NCBI GenBank assembly: GCA_034434815.1
Contig: DAOTYO010000053.1
Location: 201 to 64,200 of the forward strand
Length of the DNA stretch: 64,000 bases
Direction of reading: 5' to 3'
Source of the DNA: Dehalococcoidia bacterium
Lineage (GTDB): Bacteria; Chloroflexota; Dehalococcoidia; SZUA-161; SpSt-899
Numbering within the stretch: position 1 is the first letter of the stretch; the number at the start of each line of letters is the position of its first letter. Shown one piece after another: positions 38,637 through 48,742 of this stretch. Both the position numbers and the translations under genes were made by a program. The notes under the pieces are model-generated. The model saw only the letters and a program-made list of their open reading frames with translations. It had not been told where the DNA came from and ran no database searches.

Positions 38637-39833
38637 ATGTCCAAGCTGCCGCTCGAAGGCTATCGGGTTCTGGAATGGGGTCTGTGGATCGCGGCCCCTA
38701 CCGCGTCCATGATGCTCGGGGATCTCGGGGCGGATGTCATCAAGATCGAGCACCGGGTGACGGGGGATCCCTCCCGCGGTTTGGATGCGGGCTATGGGTC
38801 CAAGACGGGGCGCCAGAGCCTCTACGAGGGATTCAATCGGAACAAGCGCGGGATCACTCTCGACCTGAGCAAGCCGCAGGCGAAGACGGTCATATCCAAA
38901 CTGGTGCAAACCGCCGATGTCTTCATCACCAATTTCCGTCAGTCGGTGGCGGATCGCTCCGGCTTGGATTACGAGACGCTATCGAAGATCAATCCGAAGC
39001 TGATCTATGCGGTCATCACGGGGTATGGGTCGAAGGGGCCGGAAGCGGATATCCGCGCTTTCGATGGTCTGGCGCAGGGGAGGTCCGCGCTGGCCATGCA
39101 GGCCATCCCGGAAGGCCCGGTATGGGTTCGCCCCGCCCTCGGGGATACGGTGGCGGGAATCAATGCGGCCTTCGGCATCGTGACCGCGCTCTTGGTGCGC
39201 CAGCGCGACGGCAAGGGGCAGAAAGTGGAGACCTCGCTGCTTTCCAGCCTCATGTTCCAGCAGACGAGCAACCTAGCGTTGCATTTCATCGGCAGTATCC
39301 CCGTTGCCCCGATTCCCCGAACGCGGCCCACCAACGTCATGCTCAACATGTATCGGTGCGCGGACGGCAAATGGATCAACCTCTACATGCCCGAGGCGGA
39401 CCGCTTCTGGCCGAACTTCTGCAAGGCCATGGGAATCGAGCACCTTCGCGATGACCCAAGGTTCAAGGATATCTGGGTTCGAGCCCAGAACAGCGAGGCG
39501 CTCGTCTCCGTTCTCGATCCCATTTTCGCGAGTAAACCCCGTCATGAATGGATACGCATCCTCAAGGAGCATGGCTGCGTCATCGATATCATCAACGATT
39601 ATGCGGATCTGCCCGGTGATCCTCAGGTGATCGCCAATAACTATCTGCCGGAGTTCGATCACCCCAACTACGGGAGGATCAAATATCCGCCCATGCCGGT
39701 CGAGTTCAGCGCCACGCCGGGCCAGTTGCGGCGTCCCGCGCCGGAGTTCGGTCAGCACACCGAGGAGGTGCTGCTGGAGGTGGGATTCTCCTGGGAAGAG
39801 ATCGCGGCGTTCAAAGAGCAAAAGGTGATCTGA
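38637..39833 (+). CDS. family III CoA-transferase (CaiB/BaiF family)
   Basis: 398 aa; [31 protein letters not shown]-terminal signature. Confidence 0.85.
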   Translation: MSKLPLEGYRVLEWGLWIAAPTASMMLGDLGADVIKIEHRVTGDPSRGLDAGYGSKTGRQSLYEGFNRNKRGITLDLSKPQAKTVISKLVQTADVFITNFRQSVADRSGLDYETLSKINPKLIYAVITGYGSKGPEADIRAFDGLAQGRSALAMQAIPEGPVWVRPALGDTVAGINAAFGIVTALLVRQRDGKGQKVETSLLSSLMFQQTSNLALHFIGSIPVAPIPRTRPTNVMLNMYRCADGKWINLYMPEADRFWPNFCKAMGIEHLRDDPRFKDIWVRAQNSEALVSVLDPIFASKPRHEWIRILKEHGCVIDIINDYADLPGDPQVIANNYLPEFDHPNYGRIKYPPMPVEFSATPGQLRRPAPEFGQHTEEVLLEVGFSWEEIAAFKEQKVI

Positions 39834-39875
39834 TGGGGAAGGGTGAATATCCCCACATTGATCCGGGAGGGAATC

Positions 39876-41369
39876 ATGAAACCGGCATCGGGGCTCCTGA
39901 CCGAAGCGGACCTATTTCTCTTCCTCGATTACTACGAGCTCACGTCGGGGAAGTGCAACTTCGACTTCGGGATGAATCAGGAGATCACGGAGAACTATTT
40001 CTTCCGGGAGATCCCCGAGCATCTCGGCGGATATGTGATCACCGCCGGCCTCGAACAGTTCGCCGCCTGTGTGGAGCTCATGAGCCGGGGCTTGAGCAGA
40101 GAGCATCGCGATTGGCTCCGGGCTACTTCGGGGAAAGACTTCGAGGACGAAGCCTTTCTGGACTATCTTCAAAACTTCCGCTTCAAAGGGGATATCTGGG
40201 CCGTTCCGGAGGGGACGCCCGTTTTCCCGCACGAGCCGATCATCAATGTGACCGGCCCCTCGATCGATGTGCAGCTTTTTGAAACCCTCCTCCTCAACAT
40301 CGTCAACTATGAGAGTCTGATCGCTACCAAGACATCGCGGATCGTTCGGGCTGCCCGGGGGCGGGGGGTGGTTTTCTCTCCGGAGGAGGGTTCGAGAACG
40401 GTGGTGGATTTCGGGGCGCGGCGGGCTCACGGCCGGGATGCCGCCGTTCTGGGGGCGCGCGCGGCCTACATCGGTGGGGCGGTGGGCACGTCTCTCGTCA
40501 TCGCCGGGATGAAGTGGGGTATCCCCTACGTCGGAACGATCCCGCACAAGTTCGTTCAGGAGCGTTACCGGGGCAAGGGCTCCTTCAGAGAATCGGAGCT
40601 TGTGGCGTTCCGGCAGTATGCGCGGAGCTTTCCCCACAATACGGTGACGCTCACCGATACCTACGATACGATGGGAGGCATCGAGAACTCCGCGGTTGTG
40701 GGGCGTGAACTTCGGGAGAAGGGTTATGATCTCCGGGGGGTGAGATTGGACAGCGGCGATCCTGTGAAGCTCAGTCGGGAAGCACGCCGAGTGCTCGGGC
40801 CGGAGTTCGAACACGCCCGCGTCATGGTCAGCGATAACCTCGATGAATACACCATTGACGATATGCTCGCGCGGGGGGCGCGGGTGGATGGGTTCGGGGT
40901 GGGGACGAGGCTCATCACCGGCGCCAATTACGATTCCCTTACCCGCGAAGGAGGGGTCTCCGTGCTCAACGGGGTTTACAAGTTTGCCGAGAACACCGAT
41001 GAGTCGGGAAAACCGGTGCCTTCGATGAAATTCACCAGCGCCAAAGAGAAATCCACCTTGCCGGGGCGCAAGCAGATTTGGCGGCGGTTCCGAGACGGGC
41101 AATACGCAGAGGATGTCATCGCCCTGTGGGATGAGGTGATCGGGGGGAGTACGCCTCTCATGGTGCCGGTCATGCTGAAGGGGGAGTTCGTCTATGAGTT
41201 CCCTTCCGTGAGCCGGATCCGAGAACATTGTCTCATGGAGTTGGAGCGGTTGCCGGAGCGGTACAAGAGGTTGACCGGCGCGGATGCCTATCCGGTAAAG
41301 CTGAGCGAAAGGCTTGCCCGGTTGCGGGATGATCTCTACGAGGCGTATCGGCGGGAGTATCCGGCCTGA
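39876..41369 (+). CDS. pncB: nicotinate phosphoribosyltransferase
   Basis: Start at MKPASGLLTEAD with GGGAGGG 6 nt upstream; NAPRTase family conserved regions (DFYELTSGK-like, GTxxH, RLDSGD). Confidence 0.8.
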   Translation: MKPASGLLTEADLFLFLDYYELTSGKCNFDFGMNQEITENYFFREIPEHLGGYVITAGLEQFAACVELMSRGLSREHRDWLRATSGKDFEDEAFLDYLQNFRFKGDIWAVPEGTPVFPHEPIINVTGPSIDVQLFETLLLNIVNYESLIATKTSRIVRAARGRGVVFSPEEGSRTVVDFGARRAHGRDAAVLGARAAYIGGAVGTSLVIAGMKWGIPYVGTIPHKFVQERYRGKGSFRESELVAFRQYARSFPHNTVTLTDTYDTMGGIENSAVVGRELREKGYDLRGVRLDSGDPVKLSREARRVLGPEFEHARVMVSDNLDEYTIDDMLARGARVDGFGVGTRLITGANYDSLTREGGVSVLNGVYKFAENTDESGKPVPSMKFTSAKEKSTLPGRKQIWRRFRDGQYAEDVIALWDEVIGGSTPLMVPVMLKGEFVYEFPSVSRIREHCLMELERLPERYKRLTGADAYPVKLSERLARLRDDLYEAYRREYPA

Positions 41370-41388
41370 GATGTGCGTGCGGGCGCGT

Positions 41389-41430
41389 TTTGGAACGAAG
41401 AGGCCCCCTTCGGAAAGGGGGCCTCTTCGT
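41389..41430. terminator. strong hairpin / probable terminator between convergent genes
   Basis: 13-bp inverted repeat AAGAGGCCCCCTT-cgga-AAGGGGGCCTCTT followed by CGTTTGGGG (weak U-tract). Confidence 0.5.
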
Positions 41431-41459
41431 TTGGGGGGCTATGAGCAAAAAGACAGAGA

Positions 41460-43031
41460 TTACGGTTTTCCGTATATCTCCCTCAAGACCTTTCGCTGCA
41501 CTTTTCCGGTGGAGGTGCGGGGCAACTCGTCGATGAAGATGACGCTCCGGGGCCGCTTGAATCCGGCGAGCTTATCTTTGCAGTAATCGATGATCTCTTG
41601 CTCGGTGGCCTTTTCCCCTTCCTTGAGGACGATGATGGCGCGCGGTTGCTGGCCCCACTCCAGATCGGGCACCCCGATGACCGCCGCATCGGCCACCTTC
41701 GGGTGCGAATAGAGGACGTTTTCCACTTCTTCCGGCGAGATGTTCTCCCCGCCGCGGATGATCATGTCATCGCCGCGGCCGGCGAGATAAATGTAGCCCT
41801 CTTCATCCATCCACCCCTTGTCGCCCGTATGTAGCCATCCATCCTTGGTGAGGGTCTTGGCGGTCTTGGCCTCGTCTTTCCAATAGCCGCTCATCACGCG
41901 TTCGCCCCGGGCCATGATCTCGCCGATATTCTCCGGACCGGGCGGAAGCGGTTTGCCGCTGTCGTCCCAGATCTGGATCTCCACATCGGGCATGGGCCGG
42001 CCGATGGAACCGGCGAGCCGCTTGAGCTTCTTTTCTTTCTCCTCCGGCGTTTCCTTGCCGGTGAACATGTGATCCTCGGGACCGAGCATGGTGATGGTGG
42101 AGGCGGTTTCCGTCTGCCCGAACGCATTGATGAACATCACGCCCGGGAACATCTCGATGGCCTTCTTGATCACCTCGAACGGCATGGAGGCCGCCCCATA
42201 GGTGATCACTTTCAGGCTCGAAAGATCGTATTTCTTGAAGTCCGGATGATCGATGACCCGCTTGAGCATGGTGGGGACGAGCATAGCCCGGTTGGCTTTC
42301 TCGCGCTGCACCGTCTCCATCCATTCGTTGACCTCGAATTGGCGCATGAGGGCTATGGTTCGCCCGCCGTAAACGGCGGCCATCATGGCTTGAATGCCGG
42401 CCACATGGTAGAGGGGAACCGTCAGAATGTTGGTCTCCTGAACATCGGGGTCCACGGGGCTCACGTTGCCCATCACATACACCGCGAAGGCGTTGTGCCG
42501 AAGGGGCACGCCCTTGGGCAAGCCGGTCGTGCCGGCGGTGTACATGAGAATGGTGATATCGTTGTCGTTGATTTCGGTGACCACATCGTCGGCTGAAGAT
42601 GCCTTGAGGATTTCATCGTAATTGTCCATGCCCTCGACTTTGCTGTCGAGGGAGATGAGCTTCGGGTGCAAGGTCAGATTCGATTTCATGGAATTGACCA
42701 TGTCGATGTACCGGTCACCTGCGAAGAGCACCTTCGCTTCCGAGTTGTTCATCATGTGGGTGAGCTCGTTCTGTTTGGCGCGGAAGTTGAGCGGCACGAA
42801 GATCGCCCCGATCTTGGCCACGCCGAAGTACGTCTCGACGTACTGATTGCAGTTCACCTGAAGGATGGCGACGCGATCCCCCTTGGTGACCCCCATCTTC
42901 GTCAACGCATTGGCCACGCGATTGGACCGTTCGGCGAGCTGACCGAAGGTGTATTTTTTCTTCTCGAAGATGATGGCGGGTCGGTCGGGGACAATGGCCG
43001 CGGTGATCGCCAGAAACTCGGTGGTGTTCAT
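41460..43031 (-). CDS. AMP-dependent acyl-CoA synthetase/ligase
   Basis: 523 aa; AMP-binding motifs (YTAGTTGLPKGV; GYGQTE-like FGQTETAS; DGWLHTGDKG). Confidence 0.9.
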   Translation of the reverse strand: MNTTEFLAITAAIVPDRPAIIFEKKKYTFGQLAERSNRVANALTKMGVTKGDRVAILQVNCNQYVETYFGVAKIGAIFVPLNFRAKQNELTHMMNNSEAKVLFAGDRYIDMVNSMKSNLTLHPKLISLDSKVEGMDNYDEILKASSADDVVTEINDNDITILMYTAGTTGLPKGVPLRHNAFAVYVMGNVSPVDPDVQETNILTVPLYHVAGIQAMMAAVYGGRTIALMRQFEVNEWMETVQREKANRAMLVPTMLKRVIDHPDFKKYDLSSLKVITYGAASMPFEVIKKAIEMFPGVMFINAFGQTETASTITMLGPEDHMFTGKETPEEKEKKLKRLAGSIGRPMPDVEIQIWDDSGKPLPPGPENIGEIMARGERVMSGYWKDEAKTAKTLTKDGWLHTGDKGWMDEEGYIYLAGRGDDMIIRGGENISPEEVENVLYSHPKVADAAVIGVPDLEWGQQPRAIIVLKEGEKATEQEIIDYCKDKLAGFKRPRSVIFIDELPRTSTGKVQRKVLREIYGKP

Positions 43032-43081
43032 TCCTCAGTTCACTCCTTGTAACCTTAGTTCCTTACTCAGCGGTGGCTGAG

Positions 43082-43858
43082 TTAAGTTCGAAGTAGCTCC
43101 ATCAAACGGGACATGGTCTTCCCGGCGCTTTCAGAGATCCGCACCTCTGCATCCGGATCGAGGCTCGTCCGGTCCCGGTTTATTATAACCAACTTCGCAC
43201 CGGATTGCACGGCGTACTGCGGGATAAGCGCCGCCGGATAGACGACCAGCGATGATCCGATCACGATGCAGAGATCACACTCGCGGGCGCGTCGCTGGGA
43301 TTCCGAGAGCTCCCACTCCGGCAATGCCTCGCCGAAGAAGACGGCGTTCGGTTTGAGGATGCCGCCGCAATCCCGGCACTCGGGGATTTCCGTCCCCGAT
43401 AGTACCCATCGCCGGACCTCTTCCATGGGGTAGCCTTTCCCGCACCGGAGGCACTTGGCTTCCCGCATCGTGCCGTGGAGATGAAAGACCCTCTCGGGGG
43501 AGTTTCCCGCCTCTTCGTGAAGTCCGTCCACGTTCTGGGTGATGACGCAATCGAGCTTTCCCATCCGTTCCAGTTCGGCGAGGGCATAGTGCGCCGCATT
43601 GGGCCGGGCGTTTCCCGGGATGAAGTCATCGCCAGAAAGGGCTTTCCAGTGGACTTTGCGGGCCTCGGTATCGTGGAGGAAGCGGTCGATGGTGAACATC
43701 TCCGGATCGTATCGGCTCCAGATGCCGCCGGGGCTGCGGAAATCGGGGATGCCGGATTCGGTGCTTACACCGGCTCCGGTAAAGGCGATGATCTTCCGCG
43801 AAGAGCGCACCAGATCCGCAAAGCGGCGGACAAGCGTCTCGAACATCTGTTCACTCAT
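43082..43858 (-). CDS. cobB: NAD-dependent protein deacylase (Sir2 family)
   Basis: 258 aa; GAGVSTESGIPDFR, zinc ribbon CxxC...CxxC, ITQNVDGLH. Confidence 0.9.
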   Translation of the reverse strand: MSEQMFETLVRRFADLVRSSRKIIAFTGAGVSTESGIPDFRSPGGIWSRYDPEMFTIDRFLHDTEARKVHWKALSGDDFIPGNARPNAAHYALAELERMGKLDCVITQNVDGLHEEAGNSPERVFHLHGTMREAKCLRCGKGYPMEEVRRWVLSGTEIPECRDCGGILKPNAVFFGEALPEWELSESQRRARECDLCIVIGSSLVVYPAALIPQYAVQSGAKLVIINRDRTSLDPDAEVRISESAGKTMSRLMELLRT

Positions 43859-44594
43859 CTTTCCGCCTCCTTTGAACCGCCAGCGAATGCGCCAACCGCT
43901 GTTCCATTTCGAGCGCCGCGCCGAGGGGCATATCGAGCCCCCGGGTGATCGCCTCTTTGGCGTATCGGATGGCCCTCTGGTCGTTTGCCATGATGCGCCA
44001 TGCCGTGGCCTCCGCGGTGGGGAGGAGTTGGGGGCGGGGGACCACTTGATTCACGAGCCCGATCCGAAGCGCCTCGGCGGCGGTGATTCGATCGGCGGTG
44101 AGCACGATCTCCGAAACCCATCCCAGCCTTACCAACCGCGGCATCGTCTGTGAACCGCCGGCTGTGGGGATCATCCCCAGATTGGCTTCCGGGAGGCCGA
44201 ATTGGGCATCCTCCGAGGCGATGCGGATATCGCAGCACATCGCCATCTCGATGCCCGCTCCGAGCGCAAACCCATGGATTGCGGCGATCATCGGCTTCCG
44301 TACGCTGAGGAACATCCCCCATAGGTCCCGCTCCCATCGGACGGAACGGGCCACCGCCTGAGAAGGGGTGGTGCCGAACTCGGTGATATCCGCCCCCGCC
44401 GAGAAGGCCCGGTCTCCCGCCCCTTTGACGATGGCTACCAGAACATCGGGGTCGTCCTTCACGGCCGGGAGGATTTCGTAGAGCTCGTCGCGCATCTTGA
44501 TGCAAACGGCGTTGAGCGCTTTGGGCCGGTTCAGCGTGATGTATGCGATCCCATCCCGCTTCTCGTAGATGATGGTTTCGAAGCCGTTCGTCAT
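43851..44594 (-). CDS. enoyl-CoA hydratase/isomerase (crotonase)
   Basis: 247 aa; ITLNRPKALNA and oxyanion-hole GAG (FSAGADI) motifs. Confidence 0.85.
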   Translation of the reverse strand: MTNGFETIIYEKRDGIAYITLNRPKALNAVCIKMRDELYEILPAVKDDPDVLVAIVKGAGDRAFSAGADITEFGTTPSQAVARSVRWERDLWGMFLSVRKPMIAAIHGFALGAGIEMAMCCDIRIASEDAQFGLPEANLGMIPTAGGSQTMPRLVRLGWVSEIVLTADRITAAEALRIGLVNQVVPRPQLLPTAEATAWRIMANDQRAIRYAKEAITRGLDMPLGAALEMEQRLAHSLAVQRRRKDE

Positions 44595-44609
44595 CCGTCT
44601 CTCTCCCGC

Positions 44610-45365
44610 CTATTCCCCCTTGAAGATCGGCGTGCGTTTCTCGAGAAAGGCTTTGATCCCTTCGGTGCGATCCCGGGTGCTCTGGAGCAAAAACGAGAGA
44701 TCCGCCTCGAGCCGCAGCCCTTGGGCCAGGGTCATATCCAATCCCTTCAGAATGGCCTCCTTGGCGTATCTCTCGGCGATGGGGCCTTTGGAGGCCAGCT
44801 TTGCCGCAAGTGCCATGGACTCCTTCTCGAGATCATCGGCGGGGACGATGTGGTTGACCAGCCCGATCCGATAGGCCTCCCCGGCCGGGATCACGGAGGC
44901 GGTGAGGATCAGTTCGAGCGCTTTCCCCTTCCCCACGATGCGCGGCAATCGCTGGGTTCCCCCACCGGAGGGAACGTAACCTTGGGAAGTTTCGGGGAAG
45001 CCGAAGGCGGCGTTCTCCCCCGCGAGGCGAATATCGCATGCCAGCGCAAGCTCCAATCCCGAGCCGAGGGCATCCCCGTTGATGGCGGCGATCACCGGGG
45101 CTTTTATTCCGGCGATCGCCTCTGCGGCGATCGCCGGAATCTCGGGATCCGCCGATTCGATGGCGGCATCCGGCACTGAGAAGCTCTTCCCTGTGCCGGT
45201 CAGAAGCACCACCCGGATCTCCTCATCTTCATTGATTGCTTGGCAACAGAGGGCGATCTCCTCCGCCATTGCCCGATCGAGGGCGTTGCGGGCCTCGGGC
45301 CGGTTGAGGGTTATGCACCCGATGTGATCCGTCCGGCGGTAAGCGATGTTCCGATATGTGGCCAT
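44610..45365 (-). CDS. enoyl-CoA hydratase/isomerase (crotonase)
   Basis: 251 aa; ITLNRPEARNALD; catalytic Glu-containing region GLVNHIV. Confidence 0.85.
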   Translation of the reverse strand: MATYRNIAYRRTDHIGCITLNRPEARNALDRAMAEEIALCCQAINEDEEIRVVLLTGTGKSFSVPDAAIESADPEIPAIAAEAIAGIKAPVIAAINGDALGSGLELALACDIRLAGENAAFGFPETSQGYVPSGGGTQRLPRIVGKGKALELILTASVIPAGEAYRIGLVNHIVPADDLEKESMALAAKLASKGPIAERYAKEAILKGLDMTLAQGLRLEADLSFLLQSTRDRTEGIKAFLEKRTPIFKGE

Positions 45366-45368
45366 GTC

Positions 45369-45911
45369 TTATCGCACCTTCACCTTCCCGAATCGTTCCC
45401 ACTCGCTGTAGATGCACCCGCAGTACTTTTGCCGGTAAAGATCGAGATCCTTCGCCATTTGCTGGCTTTCCCGGAACCCTTCGGTGAAATCATGATAGAA
45501 GAACTCAGTCCCGTGCCGCCGGCCGGCTTCTTCCCCGATCTCCCGAATAGCCTCCCGGTTCTGATAGGGACTGATGAGCAGAGTTGTGGTGAAGCGAGGG
45601 AAACCCTTCTCCGCGGCCTCGCGGGCCGTGCGCTCGAGTCGCATCCGATAGCACTCCCGGCAGCGTTCTCCCTCCTTGCCCACCACGGCGCGGAGGTATG
45701 ACACCATTTCGTAGCCCTCGCTCACGATCAGCGGGAACCCGAACCGCTCCGAAAGCCGCTGTGCCGCCGTCAGCCGGCTCTGGTGTTCGGTGAAGGGATG
45801 GACGTTGGGATTGTACCAGAAGCCGGTGACTTCGAAGTCGTGCTCTCGAAGCCACTTTACGGGATATGTAGCGCACGGGCCGCAGCAACAATGCAAAAGG
45901 ATTCGATCCAT
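45369..45911 (-). CDS. queH: epoxyqueuosine reductase QueH (DUF208)
   Basis: Start at MDRILLHCCCGPC; conserved CCCGPC and C-terminal CxxC...C cluster ligands typical of QueH. Confidence 0.8.
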   Translation of the reverse strand: MDRILLHCCCGPCATYPVKWLREHDFEVTGFWYNPNVHPFTEHQSRLTAAQRLSERFGFPLIVSEGYEMVSYLRAVVGKEGERCRECYRMRLERTAREAAEKGFPRFTTTLLISPYQNREAIREIGEEAGRRHGTEFFYHDFTEGFRESQQMAKDLDLYRQKYCGCIYSEWERFGKVKVR

Positions 45912-46023
45912 GGCATTGAACGACCCCATTATAGCAAACCCCCCGGACGATTGGCTATCGTCTCGATCGCCCGATCGGCGATATCCCCCCTCCTACGTCG
46001 GGCCGGTTTCCGGAAACTCCCGA

Positions 46024-46412
46024 AGTTACTGTACCATTTTGGTGGGTTGATGAGGGGACAAAAAGACCCCCGAGAATCTCTGAGTAGTTAGGAGCAATAA
46101 CGCACGAGATTCAAGGAGGTCTGTAATGACAAGCTTGGACGAACTGAGCACGGAGATCGAGAGTTGAGGGTGGAAGGATTCAAGTCCCGATGCATCACCG
46201 CCGTATTCGAGATATCCGCATTCGAAGGCGGATGTATCGGGATCGAGATGGGAAGAGGTGCTCAAGTCCCTCGCCGCGACGCCATTGCTCAAAGGAAGCC
46301 CGTAGCGGACATGACCATAGATAAGAACCGGCCGGGATCTATGGAGACCTTCCGGCCCCCTTGATCATGGGATGCTCGGAGGTATCCATCCCCCAAAAGT
46401 TGATAGTTACGG
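46024..46412. repeat. long inverted repeat, copy 1 (~390 bp), partner at 57306-57707
   Basis: Reverse complement aligns with 57306-57707 at roughly 90-95% identity by eye, with a few 1-bp indels that break both overlapping six-frame ORFs. Confidence 0.8.
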
Positions 46413-46485
46413 TTTCCCCCGCTCGAAATGGAACCGGCGCTTCCGAAAGTGGTAAACTAAGAATCATCCGGAAAGGAGGAGGGCG

Positions 46486-46863
46486 ATGGAAGAAGTCGAG
46501 AAACTGATCGAAAAATCCATGGCGGAAGTGGAAAAGGTGCTCAGCACCAAATCGGTGGTGGGGGAACCGATGACCATCGAGGGGAATACGATCATTCCCT
46601 TGGTGACCATGGGATTCGTTTTCGGGGCTATGGGCGGTTCGGGTAAGGGTGTAGGAAAGGGAAACAAGGAGCACGGGCGCGAAGGGGTGGGGGAGGGATT
46701 GGGCGGGGGGGCGGCGGGGGCGGGTGGAATCAAGCCAACCGCCGTGGTCATCATCAACAAGGACGGGGTGAAAGTGGAGCCGATCAAAGGGGGTACGGCT
46801 TCGGTGCTCGAGAAGATGGGTGAAACGGTGGGAAAGATTGTCGAGAAGCGCATGGAAAAGTAG
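46486..46863 (+). CDS. GerW/YtfJ-family-like small protein
   Basis: 125 aa; pattern TIIPLVTMGFVFGAMGGSGKG...Gly-rich...TAVVIINKDGVKVEP resembles the sporulation-protein YtfJ/GerW family layout; assignment from memory of family pattern only. Confidence 0.45.
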   Translation: MEEVEKLIEKSMAEVEKVLSTKSVVGEPMTIEGNTIIPLVTMGFVFGAMGGSGKGVGKGNKEHGREGVGEGLGGGAAGAGGIKPTAVVIINKDGVKVEPIKGGTASVLEKMGETVGKIVEKRMEK

Positions 46864-46877
46864 AATCCGCGCCATTC

Positions 46878-46921
46878 AACGGTGTGGCCGCAAATCCCCG
46901 CGGATTTGCGGCCACACCGTT
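46878..46921. promoter_or_regulatory. 44-bp perfect hairpin/palindrome (20-bp arms) between genes
   Basis: AACGGTGTGGCCGCAAATCC-ccgc-GGATTTGCGGCCACACCGTT immediately after 46863 stop and 25 bp before the transporter start; no clear U-tract. Confidence 0.5.
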
Positions 46922-46945
46922 TCCATCCCTCATGAACGCTGAACC

Positions 46946-47869
46946 ATGAGCGAACATTCACACGGTCCCCGTTCCGACACGCGAAGAGACCAGCGGCGCT
47001 TGCTGATCGCTCTGGCCATCACCGCGCTGATGACGGTGGCGGAGCTGATCGGGGGGATTCTGAGCAATAGCCTCGCCTTGCTGGGCGATGCGGGACACAT
47101 GTTCACCGATACCCTCGCCCTGAGTCTGAGCTTCTTTGCCATCGGACTTGCCCGCCGTCCGGCAGATACGAAAAGGACCTTCGGCTACCTTCGGGCGGAG
47201 ATCTTGGCGGCCCTGCTCAACGGCGCCGTCCTCGTAGGGATCGCCGGCTTCATCTTCTACGAGGCCTACCGGCGCTTCAATGATCCCCCCAAGATCGAGG
47301 GCGGACTGATGCTGGCGATAGCCGCCGTCGGGCTGGCCGCCAATCTGGCGGGTATTTTTTTCCTTCGTTCGGCCGGCCGGCAGAATCTCAATGTGAAGGG
47401 GGCCTTTCTGCATGTGGTGAGCGATGCCCTCTCCTCCATCGGGGTGATCGCCGCCGCCGGTATCATTCTGACAACGGGTTGGAACTACGCCGATCCGCTC
47501 ATCAGCATTCTGATCGGAACTCTGATCCTGCGAGGGGCGATCCAGCTTGTCTGGGAATCGGTGAATATCCTCCTCGAAGCGGCTCCCCGTCATCTCGATG
47601 CGAGCCGGATCACTGCCGAGATCGGCAAGGTGCCGGGCGTGCGGGATATCCATGATATCCATATTTGGACGCTCACCTCGGGCGTTCACGCCATGAGCGG
47701 GCACCTCTTGATCGAAGATCAGATGGTCAGTCACAGCGCCCAGATCATCGCCGAGGTCAATCAAAAGCTCGCGCAGGATTTCGGCATCGCCCATACCACC
47801 CTTCAAATCGAATGCGAGGTATGTCAGGATCATCCCGTTTGCCAGATCGAGAACAGCCGCCGCCAGTAG
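46946..47869 (+). CDS. cation diffusion facilitator family transporter (CzcD-like)
   Basis: 307 aa; six TM helices; HxxxD metal-site motifs (HMFTD; HVVSD); cytoplasmic C-terminal domain. Confidence 0.9.
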   Translation: MSEHSHGPRSDTRRDQRRLLIALAITALMTVAELIGGILSNSLALLGDAGHMFTDTLALSLSFFAIGLARRPADTKRTFGYLRAEILAALLNGAVLVGIAGFIFYEAYRRFNDPPKIEGGLMLAIAAVGLAANLAGIFFLRSAGRQNLNVKGAFLHVVSDALSSIGVIAAAGIILTTGWNYADPLISILIGTLILRGAIQLVWESVNILLEAAPRHLDASRITAEIGKVPGVRDIHDIHIWTLTSGVHAMSGHLLIEDQMVSHSAQIIAEVNQKLAQDFGIAHTTLQIECEVCQDHPVCQIENSRRQ

Positions 47870-47906
47870 CCTTCCCCGTGCGGCAATATCCTTTTCCCCC
47901 TAAAAA

Positions 47907-48731
47907 ATGCTAGACTGGATACCGTCGGAAACGTTCGGAAGAAAGGAGTCGAGTACCGTGGACGACATCATCATTTCCCGGGCCATCACCGAGAGCTACT
48001 TTCAGGATTTTCTGGATGCTCTCGAAGCCGATGCGGCCGTCGTCGGCGGGGGGCCTTCGGGATTGATAGCGGCGTATTATCTGACCAAATCGGGGGCCAA
48101 GACCGTCCTCTTCGAGCGATCGCTCCGCGTGGGCGGGGGGATGCCGGGCGGGGGGATGATGTTCAACCGGATCGTCTTTCAATCGGAAGGAAAGGCCATT
48201 CTGGATGAGCTCGGCGTGCGCACCCGCGAATATCAAAAAGGGTATTTCGTGGCCGATTCCCTCGAGACCATCTCCACCCTCTGTTCGAGAGCAATTCAGG
48301 CGGGGGCACGCATCTTCAACCTCATCAGCGTCGAGGACGTCATGATCCGCGAGAATGACCGTATCGCCGGATTGGTGCTGAACTGGAGCGCGGTTGGCAT
48401 CGCCAAACTCCACATCGACCCGCTGGCGATGCGGGCCAAAGTGGTGATCGACGCCTCCGGTCATGCCGCCGAGATCTGCCACATCGTAGAAAGGAAGATC
48501 GGGCCGCGACTGAACACGCCGTCCGGAACGGTCATCGGCGAGAAGCCCATGTGGGCGGAAATCGGCGAGCGGGCGCTTCTGGAAAACACGAGAGAGGTTT
48601 TCCCGGGGCTCATCGTAGCGGGAATGGCGGCCAATGCCGTCTATGGCTCCCATCGGATGGGAGCGATCTTCGGGGGAATGCTCCTCTCCGGCAAGAAAGC
48701 GGCGGAGCTTGCCATCGCGAGGATCCGCTAG
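47907..48731 (+). CDS. Thi4-family thiazole synthase-like protein
   Basis: 274 aa; DAAVVGGGPSGL FAD/NAD fold; Thi4-type conserved regions (GGGMPGGGMMFN; VIDASGH; FPGLIVAGMAA). Confidence 0.8.
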   Translation: MLDWIPSETFGRKESSTVDDIIISRAITESYFQDFLDALEADAAVVGGGPSGLIAAYYLTKSGAKTVLFERSLRVGGGMPGGGMMFNRIVFQSEGKAILDELGVRTREYQKGYFVADSLETISTLCSRAIQAGARIFNLISVEDVMIRENDRIAGLVLNWSAVGIAKLHIDPLAMRAKVVIDASGHAAEICHIVERKIGPRLNTPSGTVIGEKPMWAEIGERALLENTREVFPGLIVAGMAANAVYGSHRMGAIFGGMLLSGKKAAELAIARIR

Positions 48732-48742
48732 GGAAGGGCACC

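Noticed and set aside
46026-46292. 88-aa ORF inside long inverted repeat copy 1 (and counterparts 57253-57534 / 57507-57704 in copy 2)
   Set aside because: The two repeat copies differ by 1-bp indels that frameshift the ORF while nucleotide identity stays high, which argues against protein-coding selection; no start context or motif.
46040-46400. Possibility that the ~400-bp repeat is tmRNA, RNase P RNA or another known ~350-400-nt RNA
   Set aside because: No tag-peptide-like reading frame ending in hydrophobic residues, no tRNA-like 3' end with CCA, none of the RNase P conserved-region sequences I can recall; two inverted copies are also atypical for these single-copy RNAs. Left as an unexplained repeat.
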